From IMG/VR virus record IMGVR_UViG_3300032240_001991, positions 62,001 to 126,000 of that record: DNA of 64,000 nt, one strand, 5' to 3'. Positions 63,977 to 64,000 of the stretch are shown here, in pieces. The notes beneath the pieces were generated by a model. That model had not been told where the DNA came from. It saw only the letters and a list, made by a program, of their open reading frames with translations, and made no database searches. The first letter of the stretch is position 1; each line of letters begins with the position of its first letter. The position numbers and the translations under genes are program-made.

Positions 63977-64000
63977 ATGAATATTATTTTAAACACCGAT
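63977..64000 (+). CDS. nadV: Probable nicotinamide phosphoribosyltransferase (NadV/NAMPT), first 8 codons only
   Basis: MNIILNTD matches the NAMPT N-terminus (IL.TDSYK); follows nadM with an AAGGAG RBS; truncated by the window edge. Confidence 0.6.

Noticed and set aside
1-64000. Stop-codon reassignment, as in some large phages
   Set aside because: The standard code gives full-length NrdA, NrdB, ligase and others; TAG and TGA end real genes (for example nrdA ends in TAG); no suppressor tRNA is seen
1-64000. Bacterial chromosome or prophage origin
   Set aside because: No integrase, att site or host operons; host-like genes (infA, iscA, sod, nrdAB, ssrA) are isolated among virion genes under T4-like late promoters

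Overview
The window is an internal 64-kb piece of a large, probably jumbo, lytic tailed phage with T4-like gene regulation, most likely infecting a proteobacterium. It contains no capsid, terminase or polymerase gene and no bacterial housekeeping context, so the taxon cannot be fixed from this window. (1) 1-12.5 kb is a relatively GC-rich, minus-strand early region. About 30 small genes are organised as cassettes behind about 18 near-consensus sigma70 promoters, most of which carry a GGTAAAACC box in the -35/-10 spacer. Recognisable products are a FeoA-like protein, an SPFH protein, a ribosomal L7/L12-CTD-like protein, an AAA ATPase, a Gp88-like protein, DUF1281 and DUF2693/WYL_2. The region ends in an RNA cluster: two unexplained structured regions of about 330 nt, tRNA-Leu(UAA), a 130-nt paired-end RNA and tRNA-Ile2/Met(CAU). 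(2) 12.5-64 kb is AT-rich and uses TAAATA late promoters. It encodes fibre, collagen, LamG and Gly-rich virion proteins interleaved with glycosyl-, methyl- and sulfotransferases and a QueC-like ATPase. It also encodes SOD, IscA, DNA ligase, IF-1, an HNH nuclease, two GH19 lysozymes, a CHAP-like hydrolase, a probable prohead core protein, a PD-(D/E)XK nuclease, NrdAB, glutaredoxin, a permuted two-piece tmRNA, peroxiredoxin, a YafQ-like RNase, NadM-Nudix and the first codons of NadV/NAMPT. The strongest novelty candidates are: a covarying twin GUAGA-pentaloop RNA operator over the RBS of both NAD-salvage genes; four or five unnamed structured ncRNAs; a phage two-piece tmRNA; a class of apparently leaderless late mRNAs; T4-like capsid-targeting N-termini on SOD and lysozyme; and a possible virion-glycosylation system. 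All protein calls rest on motif recognition by eye, and no database search or folding computation was run.
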